From Monocercomonoides exilis PA203 (Eukaryota; Protista; Preaxostyla): a stretch of DNA of 64,000 nucleotides. The first letter of the stretch is position 1. Every line of letters starts with the position of its first letter. This document shows, piece by piece, positions 14,277 through 25,720 of the stretch. Made by a program: the position numbers and the translations under genes. The notes beneath the pieces are model-generated. The model searched no databases. It had not been told where the DNA came from and worked only from the letters and a program-made list of their open reading frames with translations. The stretch is from NCBI GenBank assembly GCA_001643675.2, contig LSRY02000057.1, forward strand, positions 372,001 through 436,000, given 5' to 3'.

Positions 14277-14762
14277 CATATCTTAGCTGAAATGCTGATA
14301 GATGCACTCAGCCGGACTTAGAAGAAACCGGACAATGCACTGAGAGTGGTATAAGTCAAAGAGACATTTTAAACAATCGCACCGAGAAGACTGGATACAA
14401 TTTCAGAACTGATTGTGCTGATTCCCTGCGGAACTATTTGTTAACTATCCTCTCTGAAAAGGAAGAGAAAGAAAGAATTGTTTATAAACGAGATTGAACT
14501 AGTCCATCCGTTCTTGAGATATATTGCACGGGTGCTGAAAGAGAAAATGAACGGATCTCATAGGGAACATACGATTCTGATTCTGCCAGCCTGGCAGGGG
14601 CAGACCTGGACCCCGCTACTGCAGCCTGGGCATTTGACAATGACCCTGGGGACCTTTCAGGAGTGCATGACACCGGGAGCGAAGATGAGAAGGGAAGGCT
14701 GGAAGCTACCCCCAGGAAATGTAATATGCTTCACACTGGAGAAGAGTATATACAGGGAATAG
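14277..14762 (+). pseudogene. Remnant of DIRS pol C-terminus: end of RNase H plus N6-adenine-methyltransferase-like domain
   Basis: 14277-14315 reads HILAEMLIDALSR, resembling the RNase H HIxGxxNxxADALSR motif. ORF 14478-14762 has LVHPFLRYIARVL...ILILPAWQGQTWTPLL, resembling the DIRS MT pattern (PPxxLIxRVL...ILxxPxWxxQxWxPxL). The intervening frame is broken. Confidence 0.7.
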
Positions 14763-15666
14763 ACCTCTTCTTCACATGGGGAGAATACATTGGAGCGAAG
14801 GACATAGCAGCAGCAATAGTGAGAAATCAAAAGAGTGAAAGAGACAAGTGGAGATCGCTGTGAAGATTTAAGCAGTTTCTTGATAGATAAAGCATGGATG
14901 ACACTGACCCCCTCACATTCAGAGATTCCAAATGGATTATGGCAGAGTTCACTGAAACGCTTTCAAATACAAACCTGTCTTGTGGAGTGATTTATCAGAC
15001 AGTTCGGAAAGTTCTGGATTCTATTAATCTATTCAGAGAAACCAAGATTGATCGAAAGGACATCGAAATATTTCTGAAGACTTATGTGGGAGATAAGCCG
15101 AGAAGGGGCAAACGACACAAATCAATGTGGGACTTGACAATCATCACGAAATGGGATGAAACCACCTACGACTCAAAGGATATACGAACACTCCAGAGGA
15201 GATCCCTCATCCTCACAATGATTTTTGGAGCGTTAAGGCCAGCAGAGCTGGAAAGAATGAGAAGAGAGACAACGATATTTAAAGATAACTTTGTCCAGAC
15301 ACAAGAACGAACGAAGACGTCGGGAGGTGAGATTGTCAAAGTAATAATACGGAAACACCCCAACCCACGTATCGATGCAGTATGGGCGCTTCAATGTTGG
15401 ATGGACTATGTGAAGACGACCTTTAAGTGCGAACATGTGTGGTTAGACATAGAAGGGAGGAGACCCGCTAACCTACAGAAGATCAAGGAAGAACAAACTG
15501 CTATTCTGAGAGAGAACGGAATACCCGAAACTTTCACGGCGTTCTCAATAAGACACGCAGTGATTGCACACTTTGCTAGACAACAAGATGCAGATTGGAA
15601 AGCTATCAATGCCTACGCGAGATGGGCGTCAGGTTCAAGAGAAGTATAGGAATATCATACGGTTTG
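14663..15666 (+). pseudogene. Tyrosine recombinase (phage-integrase family) of the DIRS-like element, with in-frame stops
   Basis: ORFs 14663-14863 and 14894-15649 share one frame. Motifs: GALRPAEL (Arg I), TKT (Lys), FSIRHA (HxxR-equivalent), ARW. A candidate Tyr follows the TAG at 15647 (V*EYH). Further stops at 14861 and 14888. Confidence 0.85.
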
Positions 15667-16259
15667 ACCGGCACATGACACAAATTGGATCCTGGAGACA
15701 ATCGGTGGATCAGGACACCAGAGGGGAGAAGATTACAAGCCAGATAAGAGTGGAGATTCGAAGGAGGGGACGCTGGAGATAGCAGATGCAGATATGAAAG
15801 ATCGCACAGAAGAAGAACTAAAAGCGGGATCTGAGATAGGGAAGAAGCTTACGAGAAAGCGATCAAGAGGTAGAAAGAAATTGGCGAGTGGAGAAGAAAA
15901 CAGAGGCGAAACGGCTAAGTCACGAAACTCAGCATCCCGACAACCGAGTCGCCAGAAGACACCCTCCATAATCCCCAACAGCATCTTTGAGCTTACGGGA
16001 GAGAAGGATCCAACTCCGCCGAAGAGGAGGGGAAAAGATCGGAAGAGGCGTAGCGGAAGGAGTATTGGACAGATAGGTAATGACACTGAAGAGGCAAGGG
16101 CCAAATCTATGTCGCCTCAAAGATATCCCAAGAGAGAGCGGCTTTAGAGCAGGAGGTCCGCACCACGACACACACGCTCTCAACTCATCCGCAGCACGAC
16201 ATTGTGCTAGGCAGGAAGGTTAAAGATCACGAGAGCTGAAAGAGTGAGGGTTTTCAGAG

Positions 16260-16354
16260 CTCATTATTGAGGAGCAAATCTGCTCCTTGCGTTCGTATAT
16301 TCGCTTTTTTGCGAATAAATAGAACGCAGTGAGACAGACTTTGCTCCGAGATAA
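16260..16354. repeat. Internal complementary region (ICR): internal copy of the right-end/left-end junction
   Basis: 16260-16298 resembles the last ~40 bp of the right ITR. 16319-16354 resembles the first ~36 bp of the left ITR. The spacer holds the hairpin ATTCGC-TTTTTT-GCGAAT. Confidence 0.8.
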
Positions 16355-16930
16355 CACGAATGCGGATGGAGAGACGATAGAAGGCTGGGTGCGAGGAAGA
16401 GCGACATGCTAGTGAGTAGATAATGAGAAAAAAAGGGGCGAGACATCCAAGAGAAGAGAGAAGAACCAGCCGCCCGAAGTCAAAAGGTTGCACCCGCAAC
16501 GTGGATAGAGATACATGGAAGGAATTAAAAATTTTAAGAAGGATCCTACTCCTTTAATTGGTGTTGAACAAGTGCAAAGAGAAGAGTCAGACTGGACCAC
16601 ACAGTGCGTGGTGTGTGAATTTGCTCTGCTCGATCAGCAGAAGAGCGGGAGGCAGAGCACATTACATGCAGTTTTCTTTTCCACGCCTCGCGGAAGCGAG
16701 AGTGGTTTTTCTTTCTGCTCCGTTTTGAGCTTTCGCCTCACCGGATCCCTGCACGGCCTGCAGGAGACAGCTCCGAGGGGCAATGTCCCCTGCCCTGTGG
16801 TCTTCGTGACCAAGGAGAAAAGGCGAAGAAGGTGGTGAAGCGAAGCGAACAATTTATAATACACTTTTCATAGTTCAAATGATTTTGTCTAAATATTTAT
16901 CTCGCTCTTTTTCCACGTCATTTTGGGAGG

Positions 16931-17013
16931 GCGAAGTTTTCACTTAAACAGCCCATAAATCGTGATCAATACTCATTATCTCGGAGCAAACCTGTCTCAT
17001 TGCGTTATATCAA
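16931..17013. repeat. Right inverted terminal repeat of the DIRS-like element
   Basis: ...CATAAATCGTGATCAATACTCATTATCTCGGAGCAAACCTGTCTCATTGCGTTATATCAA is the near reverse complement of 12421-12503. Confidence 0.9.
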
Positions 17014-17890
17014 TTCATGTTTAAAGAAAAAAACATAAATTCCATTGCCATCTGAATGTTAGAAAAATCTTCAAGTTATTCATTGCATTTATTTTTTAAG
17101 AAATGAAGTTCATCGAGAAGATGTATTTGAAAATAAAAAAAAATCAGTTTCTGATGTTTTGAATTTGAAAGTTATATTTTCTGATGCAAATGTGAAATGT
17201 CCAAAGCAATTCTCGATTTTCAGCAATCCAAAGATGCGAAAATCTCTCTTTTCAATATAAATATAATAAAATACAAAAATCTTCCTTTCCTTTTGTTAAA
17301 TTCTATAAAAAGTTAATAAAGAAATTTTATCATTTTTTTTCTATCTCAGTTATTTTCTTGCAAGATTGGTGTCTTCATTTCTGCATGAAAACCTAATTGA
17401 AAACAAAAACAATAAAAATGTCAATAGGGATGGATAAATTCAATTTTGAAAAAAGAAATAACGGAAAAACTCTAAAACTACTCAATATTGAAACTTTGTT
17501 TTCTTATTTATTTCATTTCTTCGTTCGAAAATATCTGTAATATTTTTTCGGTTTTTTTGTTTCGAATGAGAACCATTTTGTAACTGGTAGTTATAAGCAC
17601 AAACACCTTCTCTTTTCCTTTTTGCAGCAATTCATGTTAATTGATTGTTTTCGGAAAAAAAAATGTTGAAATTACACTAAACATTAATCTTATCAAAAAC
17701 GATTCAAAAATCTTGTTTCATCAGTCATTTTAATTATAAAAAAATTAGCATTCAATAACCTTGAAATGAAAAACTATTTATCAATATGAACACAAAAAAT
17801 TTTTTAGATTGGGATAAATATTGAAAAAATATATCCGTATTTCGCCATCGCTTCTAATCTTTCCCGACTTTTTCTTGTTTGTAAGCGTCT

Positions 17891-20800
17891 ATGGATGAAA
17901 TAAAACGTGAATTGAGAGAAAAGAATATTTCATGTCTTAAATGCCGTCCGGATGAAGATTTTTTCCGAAGTCTTGATTCAAATCTGAAAAAAACAACTGG
18001 CTTTGTAAAAAGATTGAAATCAGTCACTGATGATCCAAAACATTCGCTTCTTTTGTTTGAGTTTTTCGTATATAAATGAAATTGTAATTGTTCAATATTT
18101 TCGTTCTTTTTATGAAGGGAACTTCGAAATTTGAACCTGACACGTTATATAAGCGAGATTGTCACTTCAATCACCGAAGCTCGTCTAAAACAAGGAGATA
18201 TATTTTATATTGTTCAAATATGCTCAGCGCTTCATCAAAGATATGCTGAATTTTCGAGGCAACTGCAAACAGGACTTTTGAAAGCTTTTAATGACACAAC
18301 GCCTGACAATCTTCCTGCAAGTGCACTGAGCTCACAAACGCCATCAAAGGATTCTGGAAAAGATTCAAAAGATTCTTCTGTTTCATCTCTTTTGCAAAAT
18401 GGAATTGGGGTTTCATCAACGGTGACTTTAACTTTTTTATCACATGCTGTTGCTGCTCGTGCTGCTCAAACTGCAAAACAATCAACGCGCGAAAGTGATG
18501 GCGCTGAAGATAAACCAGCTACCACAACAACTAGTGCGGATAAGAAAGAAAACATGGTTGTTGATGTTACAATTGCTGCGATTCAACAAGTAGGTTCCGC
18601 TAATGTTACATCAGGTTAGGGTTAAAAGGGATATTAATTTTGTTACTATTAATCGAAGAATCTTTTGTGATATTTGTAACTTGAGCAATTCATTTTCTTT
18701 TTCTTGAAATTTTTGAAAATTTTCAATTTTAACAAAATAACATTATTTAATGCATTCTTATTCAAAACTCCTGTTTATAGCCACAACCCGGAGAAGGAAT
18801 TTATTGCGTTTGATGTCCGAATTATGCATAGTTGGAGTATTGCCTTCGTTTCATCCTATTTCTGAGTCATTTCGTTTTTTGTGCCGTGAATCCTTCCGAG
18901 TTAATTCATATGACATAATGGGATGCCTCCAAACTATCATTGCATTTGTGAAAAGTTACGGGATGACCTTCATAACTCCACATGCAACTTCAACTTCAAC
19001 TTCTTCTTCTTCTTCGCCTGCAGCCTCTCCTTCGGCATCTGCATCATCATCATCATCATCATCATCCAATGAACAGCCAAAGACTCAAAGTTCTGAAGAG
19101 TCTTCCTCGTCTTCTTCTTCCTCTTCAACAGCTCCTTCGCCCACACCATCATCAGCACAAACGCCTTCTTCGTCTTCTTTGCCTGCCTCTTCAAATGGAA
19201 CAGCTGCAAAAGCACTGCCAGTAAAAGTCGTGCTTCACAATGTCGATCCTCAGCAGACTGTTACGTCTGACCCTCTTTCAACGCCTACGCAGCAGATGCA
19301 GATACAACAGCAGCTCAACCAGTGCTTTGTGCTTCTGCTGAAGATGTTCAAGGAATCAATAAATGTGTGCATTATTTGATACTTCTGAAATATAACTGTC
19401 CTTCAAAATAAATAAAAACAACCTTTTTTTTATTGTTTTTGACTTATTCTTCTTCATTTCTGAATGTTATGATATTTCTTTTGAAAATTTTCCTCATGTT
19501 AATTTTGTTCTGTTTCATTCGATCTTTATTCCACCAGCTCCGTCACTTGGACGATGTGGAGCGGCAGAAGCTGCTTGAAGTGCGTGGCGAGCTTCCGGCA
19601 GACTTTGCGAAGGAATACGAGATTGTCACAAAGCAGACAGCGAAATTTGCAACAATTGTGGAGCAGTTCGGAGAAATTCTGGGAAGAACGAGTGAGCTGC
19701 GGGCGGTGGAGTCTGGGAAAGCAGGGGGAGAGGCAGGGAAGGAGAAAGGAGAAGGAGAAGGGAAGAAAGGAGGAGGGAGTGGAGAAGGGAAGAATGGGTG
19801 TGGAGGATTGGGTGGTGGAAGTGGAAGTGCGAATGCAGGAAATGGAATGGGGAGTGGAGGAGGCAGCTCAGCAGGAGGAGTGGGAGAAGGAGGAAATGGA
19901 ATAAGAGGCAGAAGTGAAGGAGATGGGAAAGACGGAGAGAGGAGTGGGAAAGGAGGAGGAGGAGGAGGAGGAGGAACAGGAGGAGGGAAAGGCAGAGAAG
20001 GAGGAGATGGGCTGATGGAGGATGACTACAGAGACGAGGATCCATTGGCAGACTCTCCATTTGACGACAACGATCAGCTTGTGTTTTACACAAAGCTGGC
20101 TGATCTGCAGGCGATGGGGGTGTCTCCCTCACTGCTCTTTCTGGACAAGAGGAAAGTGGAAAAGTCGAAAGAGCAGCCAACACCAACGCAGACACCAACT
20201 CCACCTCCGACAGATTCTCCTGCACCAAGTTTGTCTTCTACACCAAGTGCATCATCATCATCATCATCATCATCTTCTTCTTCTCTTCCTTCTTCTTCTT
20301 CCACATCTTCTTTATCTTCTCTCTCATCATCCCCATCCCCATCTCCTTCCTCTGCCTCTTCCTCCAATGACTCACTCCCTGGTCTCCTCGATCGCCTCCC
20401 CCAATGCAACAACATCGACCTCACCGACAAGTTTGCGAGTGAGTTCTGTGCAAAGAACAACAAGTCCAACCGAAGGCGTTTGTGCCAGACGATTATGAAG
20501 GTTTCTCGTTCGAAGAGCGAGCTGCTGCCTTTCTTTGCGCGCCTTGTGGCTACGCTTGCCCAGTACTACCCAGACATCGGGGCAATGATGGTGGACATGG
20601 CTGAGGAGGAGTTCACGTTCCTTTCGAACGACTTGGCCCTCACCCGCATCGAGCCGCGCAGCCGCAATGCTCGTTTCTTGAGTGAGCTCGTGAAGTTCCG
20701 CCTGTGCACGCCTGGCAGGATCTTTGTGCTGATGGACAAGCTGCTAGACAACTTCACTCATTCCAATGTGGATGTACTGTGTGTCTTGTTAGAGCACTGT

Positions 20801-23285
20801 GGGGCGTATCTCTACCGCAACCCAGACACTCGAATGAGGACGGACGCCATCTTGAACAGGATGTGGCGGTTGAGGGCAGCGAAGAATTTGGGGGCGAGGA
20901 GGGAGCTGCTGGTTGAGTCTGCGTATTACCAGTGCTTCCCCACTGCCCGTGCTGAGCAGAAGAAGAAGAGGAAGGAGAAGCATCCATTGCATCTGTATAT
21001 CCGGAGACTGCTGTATAGAGACCTCAACAAGAAGAGCTACTCACGAGTGTTGGCACAGCTGCTGAAACTGCCTTGGACGTATGATGAAAAATATGAGTTC
21101 AACAGCTTTGCAAATAATGGAGCATCACAAATGGTGAAGGACAAAACAGGAAATGCTTCGAATGGATCTTCTGCTTCTTCTTCTGCTTCTGCTTCAAGTT
21201 CAGCGTCGCAGACAAGAGAAGAAAAGAATGAGGATCAAAATGCAACACCTTCAGAAACATCTGCATCAGCTTCATCATCTTCGTCTGTAGCCGGAAACAA
21301 TCAAACAGGTGATGACTCAAATCTTCAATCTTCTTCAGCCTCTTCATCCTCCTCTGACGAATCTGCCTCATCATCCCCTGAGATTGAAGAGTGGATTCTG
21401 CAGTCGATGCTGAAGTGCCACCACTGCGCCTACACACACATCGCCCTCATTGCTCGTATTGCTTCTGATCTGCAGCGTCGTGTGTGCCCCTTTCTGGTGA
21501 TGCGGCTGGTGGATGAGGTGTTTGAGTCTATCAGAGAAGGGCTCGAAAGACCTGATGCATCTCTCCTCACGTCTTCTGCAAACACTTCACTTATCTGGAG
21601 AATACAGACACGCTCACAGTCACTCCAGGCACAGGTGAGGCTGGCTGGAGAGCTGTTTAATCATCGTGTGGTTGCCTCCACTGCCATTTTTGCGCTGTTT
21701 GACCAGCTCATCACGAGAGGGCACAACACAGAGCCAGCTGATGACAGTGGCATCTACAACGACCCACCAGATGACTACCAGCGCATCCATTTGTGTTACA
21801 TCCTCCTCACAACAGTCGCGAGGAGGATGGTTTCGTTGAAGCTTGGGCAGCGGATGGAGCTGTGTCTGCTGAGGTTGGAGTTGTACTTGTTGAGCACAAA
21901 GACAAGGCCATATCCACTCCATGCGGTGATGCTGATGGACGAGCTGGCTGATCTGATATCGCCGAAGATAACACGATATCACTCACTGAAGATTAAAAGC
22001 CCAGATTCGAAGATGGCGAAGAAGAAGAAGAACGAGAAGGGAGGTGCGGCTGATCAGCAGAATCAGTCACAGACATCTTCTGATAGTTCGAATGCAGCAT
22101 CTTCAACTTCATCATCATCATCTTCTTCTTCTGCTGCTGCTTCTTCTTCCAATGAAGATAACACAGAAAAGAAGGATGATGAAAACGAAGAAGAAGAAGA
22201 GGAGGAGGAAGAAGAGATAACTTTTGGTGCTTTTCCACTTGCATCATTGGAGCAGGCAAAGGAAGAGAACGATATCATTCGTCTACAAATACCAGATTTC
22301 TCCACCAAAACAGCATCTCTTTTCAGTTATACTGGATCTGGTGCATCTTCTTCTTCTTCTTCTTCTAATTCTTCTTCTTCTTCTTCTTCAGATTCATCAT
22401 CCTCTTCTTCTTCTCCTGCACCATCATCCTCTGAGAAAGGAGAAAGCAATGAAAGCAAAGACGAAGAGGTCTTTTTGACACCTGCTGTGTTGGCGACGCT
22501 TGTGCATACAGTTGAGCAGAGGATGGCAGCTGAGGCAGTTGAGATGGAGTCGCTGGTGATGATGCGCCTGGAGAGGGAGGAGAGGAAGATGAGAGACAGA
22601 GAAAGAGAGAGAGCAGGGATGAAAGTGGACAGAAGGCTGCTGGACAGAGAAGAGAGGGAGTTTGAGATGGAGGAAGCAGAAGAAGAGGATTGGTCTGAAG
22701 GAGAAGGGCCAGTTGCAATAGAAGCAGAAGCTGAAGTGAAGAAGGCACCGAAGAAGAAGGCAAAAGCGAAGAATGCGTCGAAAAATGCAGCGAAAGGAAA
22801 CAAAGCAACCGCACAAAAGTTTGTGTATATTCCTTCTTCGCAGCAGTCAACAGTAAGTGAAGAGGAAGAAGAGAGCGAATATGAAGAGTCAGAGGAAGAA
22901 GATGACAGGATGCTGGGCAGAGTGACGAATGGGACGAGAAGGAAGACAGGGAGGAGGAAGGGGATATCAGAGAACGTGGATGCGAATGAGGAAGAGGAAG
23001 AGAGCAGCGAATACGATTTTGTGTTTGGGATGGACAAAGACACGTTTGAGGAGCAGAAGAAGAAAGAAGCGCAGACAATTGAAGCAGAAAAGACAGTTGA
23101 ACAGGCATCGGCTGCTTCTTCAGCAGCATCGAATGTTGAAGGAGGAAGTAGAAAGGAAAAAGCAGATGAAACATTGACAAAGGAAGGAGAAGGGAATGAG
23201 GTTGGAGCAAAGACAAAGAAGGAAGGAGAAGAAGAAGAGGATGAGGAAGAAGAATGGGAAGAGGAAGATGAGTGGGAAGAATGGG

Positions 23286-23349
<64 letters not shown>

Positions 23350-24718
23350 AGAAGAAAGGGAAGAAGAAGAATGCGACAACGAGGAAGAGGAAGAGGAAGA
23401 AGGGGAGAACGATTCAGATGAAAGCAGTTCAGATGAAGAAAGCAATGAAGATGGTGAAGATGAAAATGAAGACGATGCAAATGATCAAAAAAGAGGCAAA
23501 AACAAACAGAAAAAGGACAAGCAATCTGCAAAGAATGAGCAGAAAAAGAATCAAAAAGCAAAGTCCATTCCAAATGAGTCAGGAAGAATAACGCCATCAT
23601 CACAAGCATCAGAAGGGAAGAGAAAAGGAGAAGAGGATGAAGATGAGAATGGAACATCACAGAAACGCAAGTCAAAAGATGCAAAGACAAAAGAAGGAGA
23701 GAAAGGGAAAGACGGCAAAGGGAAGAAGTCCGGGAAGAGTGGGAGTGAGAAGGCAGCTGATCCAGAAGACGAGGCATTCATTCAGGAGATGGAGAAGATG
23801 ATGCAAGAGCAGCTGGAACTGAGACGGCAGCAAGCAGCAAAAATGCCAACATCCAAAAAAGTGATCAACGAGATTCCGATTCCTCGTACGATTATGTTTG
23901 GAAAGAGAGGGTCGAAGAAGCAGCAATTGAACCAGCTGTACCAGCAACCTCAGCTTATCCCGCTGAACAAGAAGAGCAAAGGGAAAGACTCGAGGAATGA
24001 GAGAGAGAGCTACATGCCAGAAGGGCAGAGGAGAGACGATGAAAGAGGTGGAGGCGGTGAAGGCGATGGGAAAGATGACAACACAATCCCATTCAAAATA
24101 CTGTTCAAGAGAGGATCAAGAGCAGCTGCTTCAACTGTGTTCATTCCGACTGAGTCAGACATCGGCCACCGCAGACGATCGATGCAGCTGGAGGCTGAGA
24201 ATGAACTGAAGCTGAACAAACAGCTGGTTCTGCGGTTTGAAAGGCAGCAGGAGCAGAAAAGTGAGAAAGAACAGCCATCCACACTGGAGAAGATGAAGGA
24301 CTCTGGACTGATCTTTCCTCACTCCTCTTTTTCATCCATCAGCAGCTCAACAAGCTCTTCTCCAAGTGTCGTTTCTGCCACTTCTCAATCACCTTTTGCC
24401 TCAGCAGCAGCACCTCGCAGCCGAAAAGCTGGGATTAACTCACTTGATGAGCTGATCAACTTTGTCGTTGCACCGTCTGTGAATCCACTGCAGCAGATGA
24501 CACACTCACACGCAGCAGCACAGCCCATCCCAACCACACAAAAGGGGCTGCCTCCGTCGATTGTGCACACAGCGAGTGGATCTTCTTTGATGGGAGGAGG
24601 TGTCAGTGGAGGAAGCGGAGGAGGAGGTGCAAAGGCAGTGGCAGGTGGGAAGGGAGCAGGTGCTTCTGGTGGAAGTGCAGGAAGCACAAAGAGAGCTGGC
24701 TCCTCTTCGAAGAAATAG
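17891..24718 (+). CDS. UPF2: Regulator of nonsense transcripts 2 (three MIF4G domains, acidic tract, C-terminal UPF1-binding region)
   Basis: Motifs LDSNLKKTTGFVKRLK, LNLTRYISE, SALHQRYAEFS, ELLPFFARLVATL, RFLSELVKF, and C-terminal EDEAFIQEMEKMM and DNTIPFKILFKRG. Phase-consistent GT-AG introns at 18055-18117, 18615-18780 and 19365-19537. Confidence 0.93.
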
Positions 24719-25720
24719 GACTGAGGGGGATTTGGAATGATATTTCATGAAAACACTTAATTTTTTGAAAAAAAGCAACTGAAAAGTCTTGAGACACATG
24801 TTTCAGTTGTATTGCATATAAACATCGATGTGGATATTTATGTTTGAGGAATAAATACAAAATATCCTCAAGATAAAGTTTCTCAAATGCGTTTGATTGC
24901 TTAGCTGTTGAACAAGCAAAAATTCATTTTTAAGGCTAGTTGCAATTCGGATGTTCATGTGAATGAGAAACCAAAGTGTTTATGAATTATTCTCAGCTAT
25001 ATTTCTTTGATGTAAAATACAAATAAAGAAAACAAAGAAAAGTGAAAGCCTGTTAGCACTACTAATATATTCATCTTCTTGCAAGAGAATTGATTCTTTG
25101 ATGCATGCACATAGGCATTTATGAAATGAAAGTAAACTGTCATTTTGCTTTTGAAAGATAAATGAAAGAGTTTTTCTTCCATTTTTTGTGTTTGATGTCA
25201 TTCAAATTCATTTGTTTCGTGTTACATACCTTTCAAAGGCATGCACATTGGACGCATCTTCAGTTAATTTTGAGAGTGACGCTTTCTCGACATCTGGAAG
25301 GAAGAATTAGAGAAATAAAGTTCTATGTATTTTCCTCTTTGAAGAGTAATTATTGCATACTTCTTTTTATTGATCAAACGAAAAGAAAAAAAAAATGAAA
25401 AAAAGATATAGATTTCTATTGCAGTATTTTGTGAACATACTTTTATCTTTTTCATCAACTGATCAAAAGATAAAAATCTGTTTGTTAATTAGTCAATTTT
25501 TGTTTTCTTTTCTTGATTTAGCTTCATTCCAGATTGTTTTATCTGTGCTTTTTTGACTCACTTTGATGAAATAAAACATTCACGCTTATATCACAGCAAC
25601 TTCATTTGTCCTCCAATCTGCGAGTCAAATATCAGATTTGCGGAACGCAATTGCAATAATGTCCGCAGAAGTTAAGAATAATTTAACACAACTACAAAAC
25701 ACATTTTTCTGTAATTTAGC

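Larger units (their letters stand above)
12421..17013 (+). mobile_element. Decayed DIRS-like tyrosine-recombinase retrotransposon
   Basis: ITRs of about 83 bp (12421-12503 and 16931-17013). Internal complementary region at 16260-16354. RNase H C-terminal motif HI...DALSR, methyltransferase-like ORF and overlapping tyrosine recombinase ORF occur in DIRS order. No obvious TSD. Confidence 0.85.

Noticed and set aside
14894-15649. Prophage or bacterial integrase contamination
   Set aside because: It sits inside an ITR/ICR structure next to RNase H and MT remnants, flanked by intron-containing genes.
14861-15666. TAA/TAG in the recombinase read as Gln, as in some oxymonads with a variant code
   Set aside because: Host genes here end in TAA (cofilin) and TAG (UPF2, receptor), very long ORFs have no internal TAR, and the recombinase frame also has TGA stops. 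Ordinary decay explains it.
16260-16354. CRISPR-like repeat-spacer unit or bacterial terminator
   Set aside because: Only four related copies exist and they are arranged as ITRs plus ICR. No regular spacing, no cas genes, and the context is eukaryotic.
18614-18624. Telomere-like GGTTAGGGTT
   Set aside because: Under two units long and coincides with the UPF2 intron 2 donor site.
22327-23777. Long antisense ORFs (372 and 470 aa) and similar ones opposite CNOT1 and the Afi1-like gene
   Set aside because: They are shadows of GAA/TCT-rich low-complexity coding sequence that lacks stops on the other strand.
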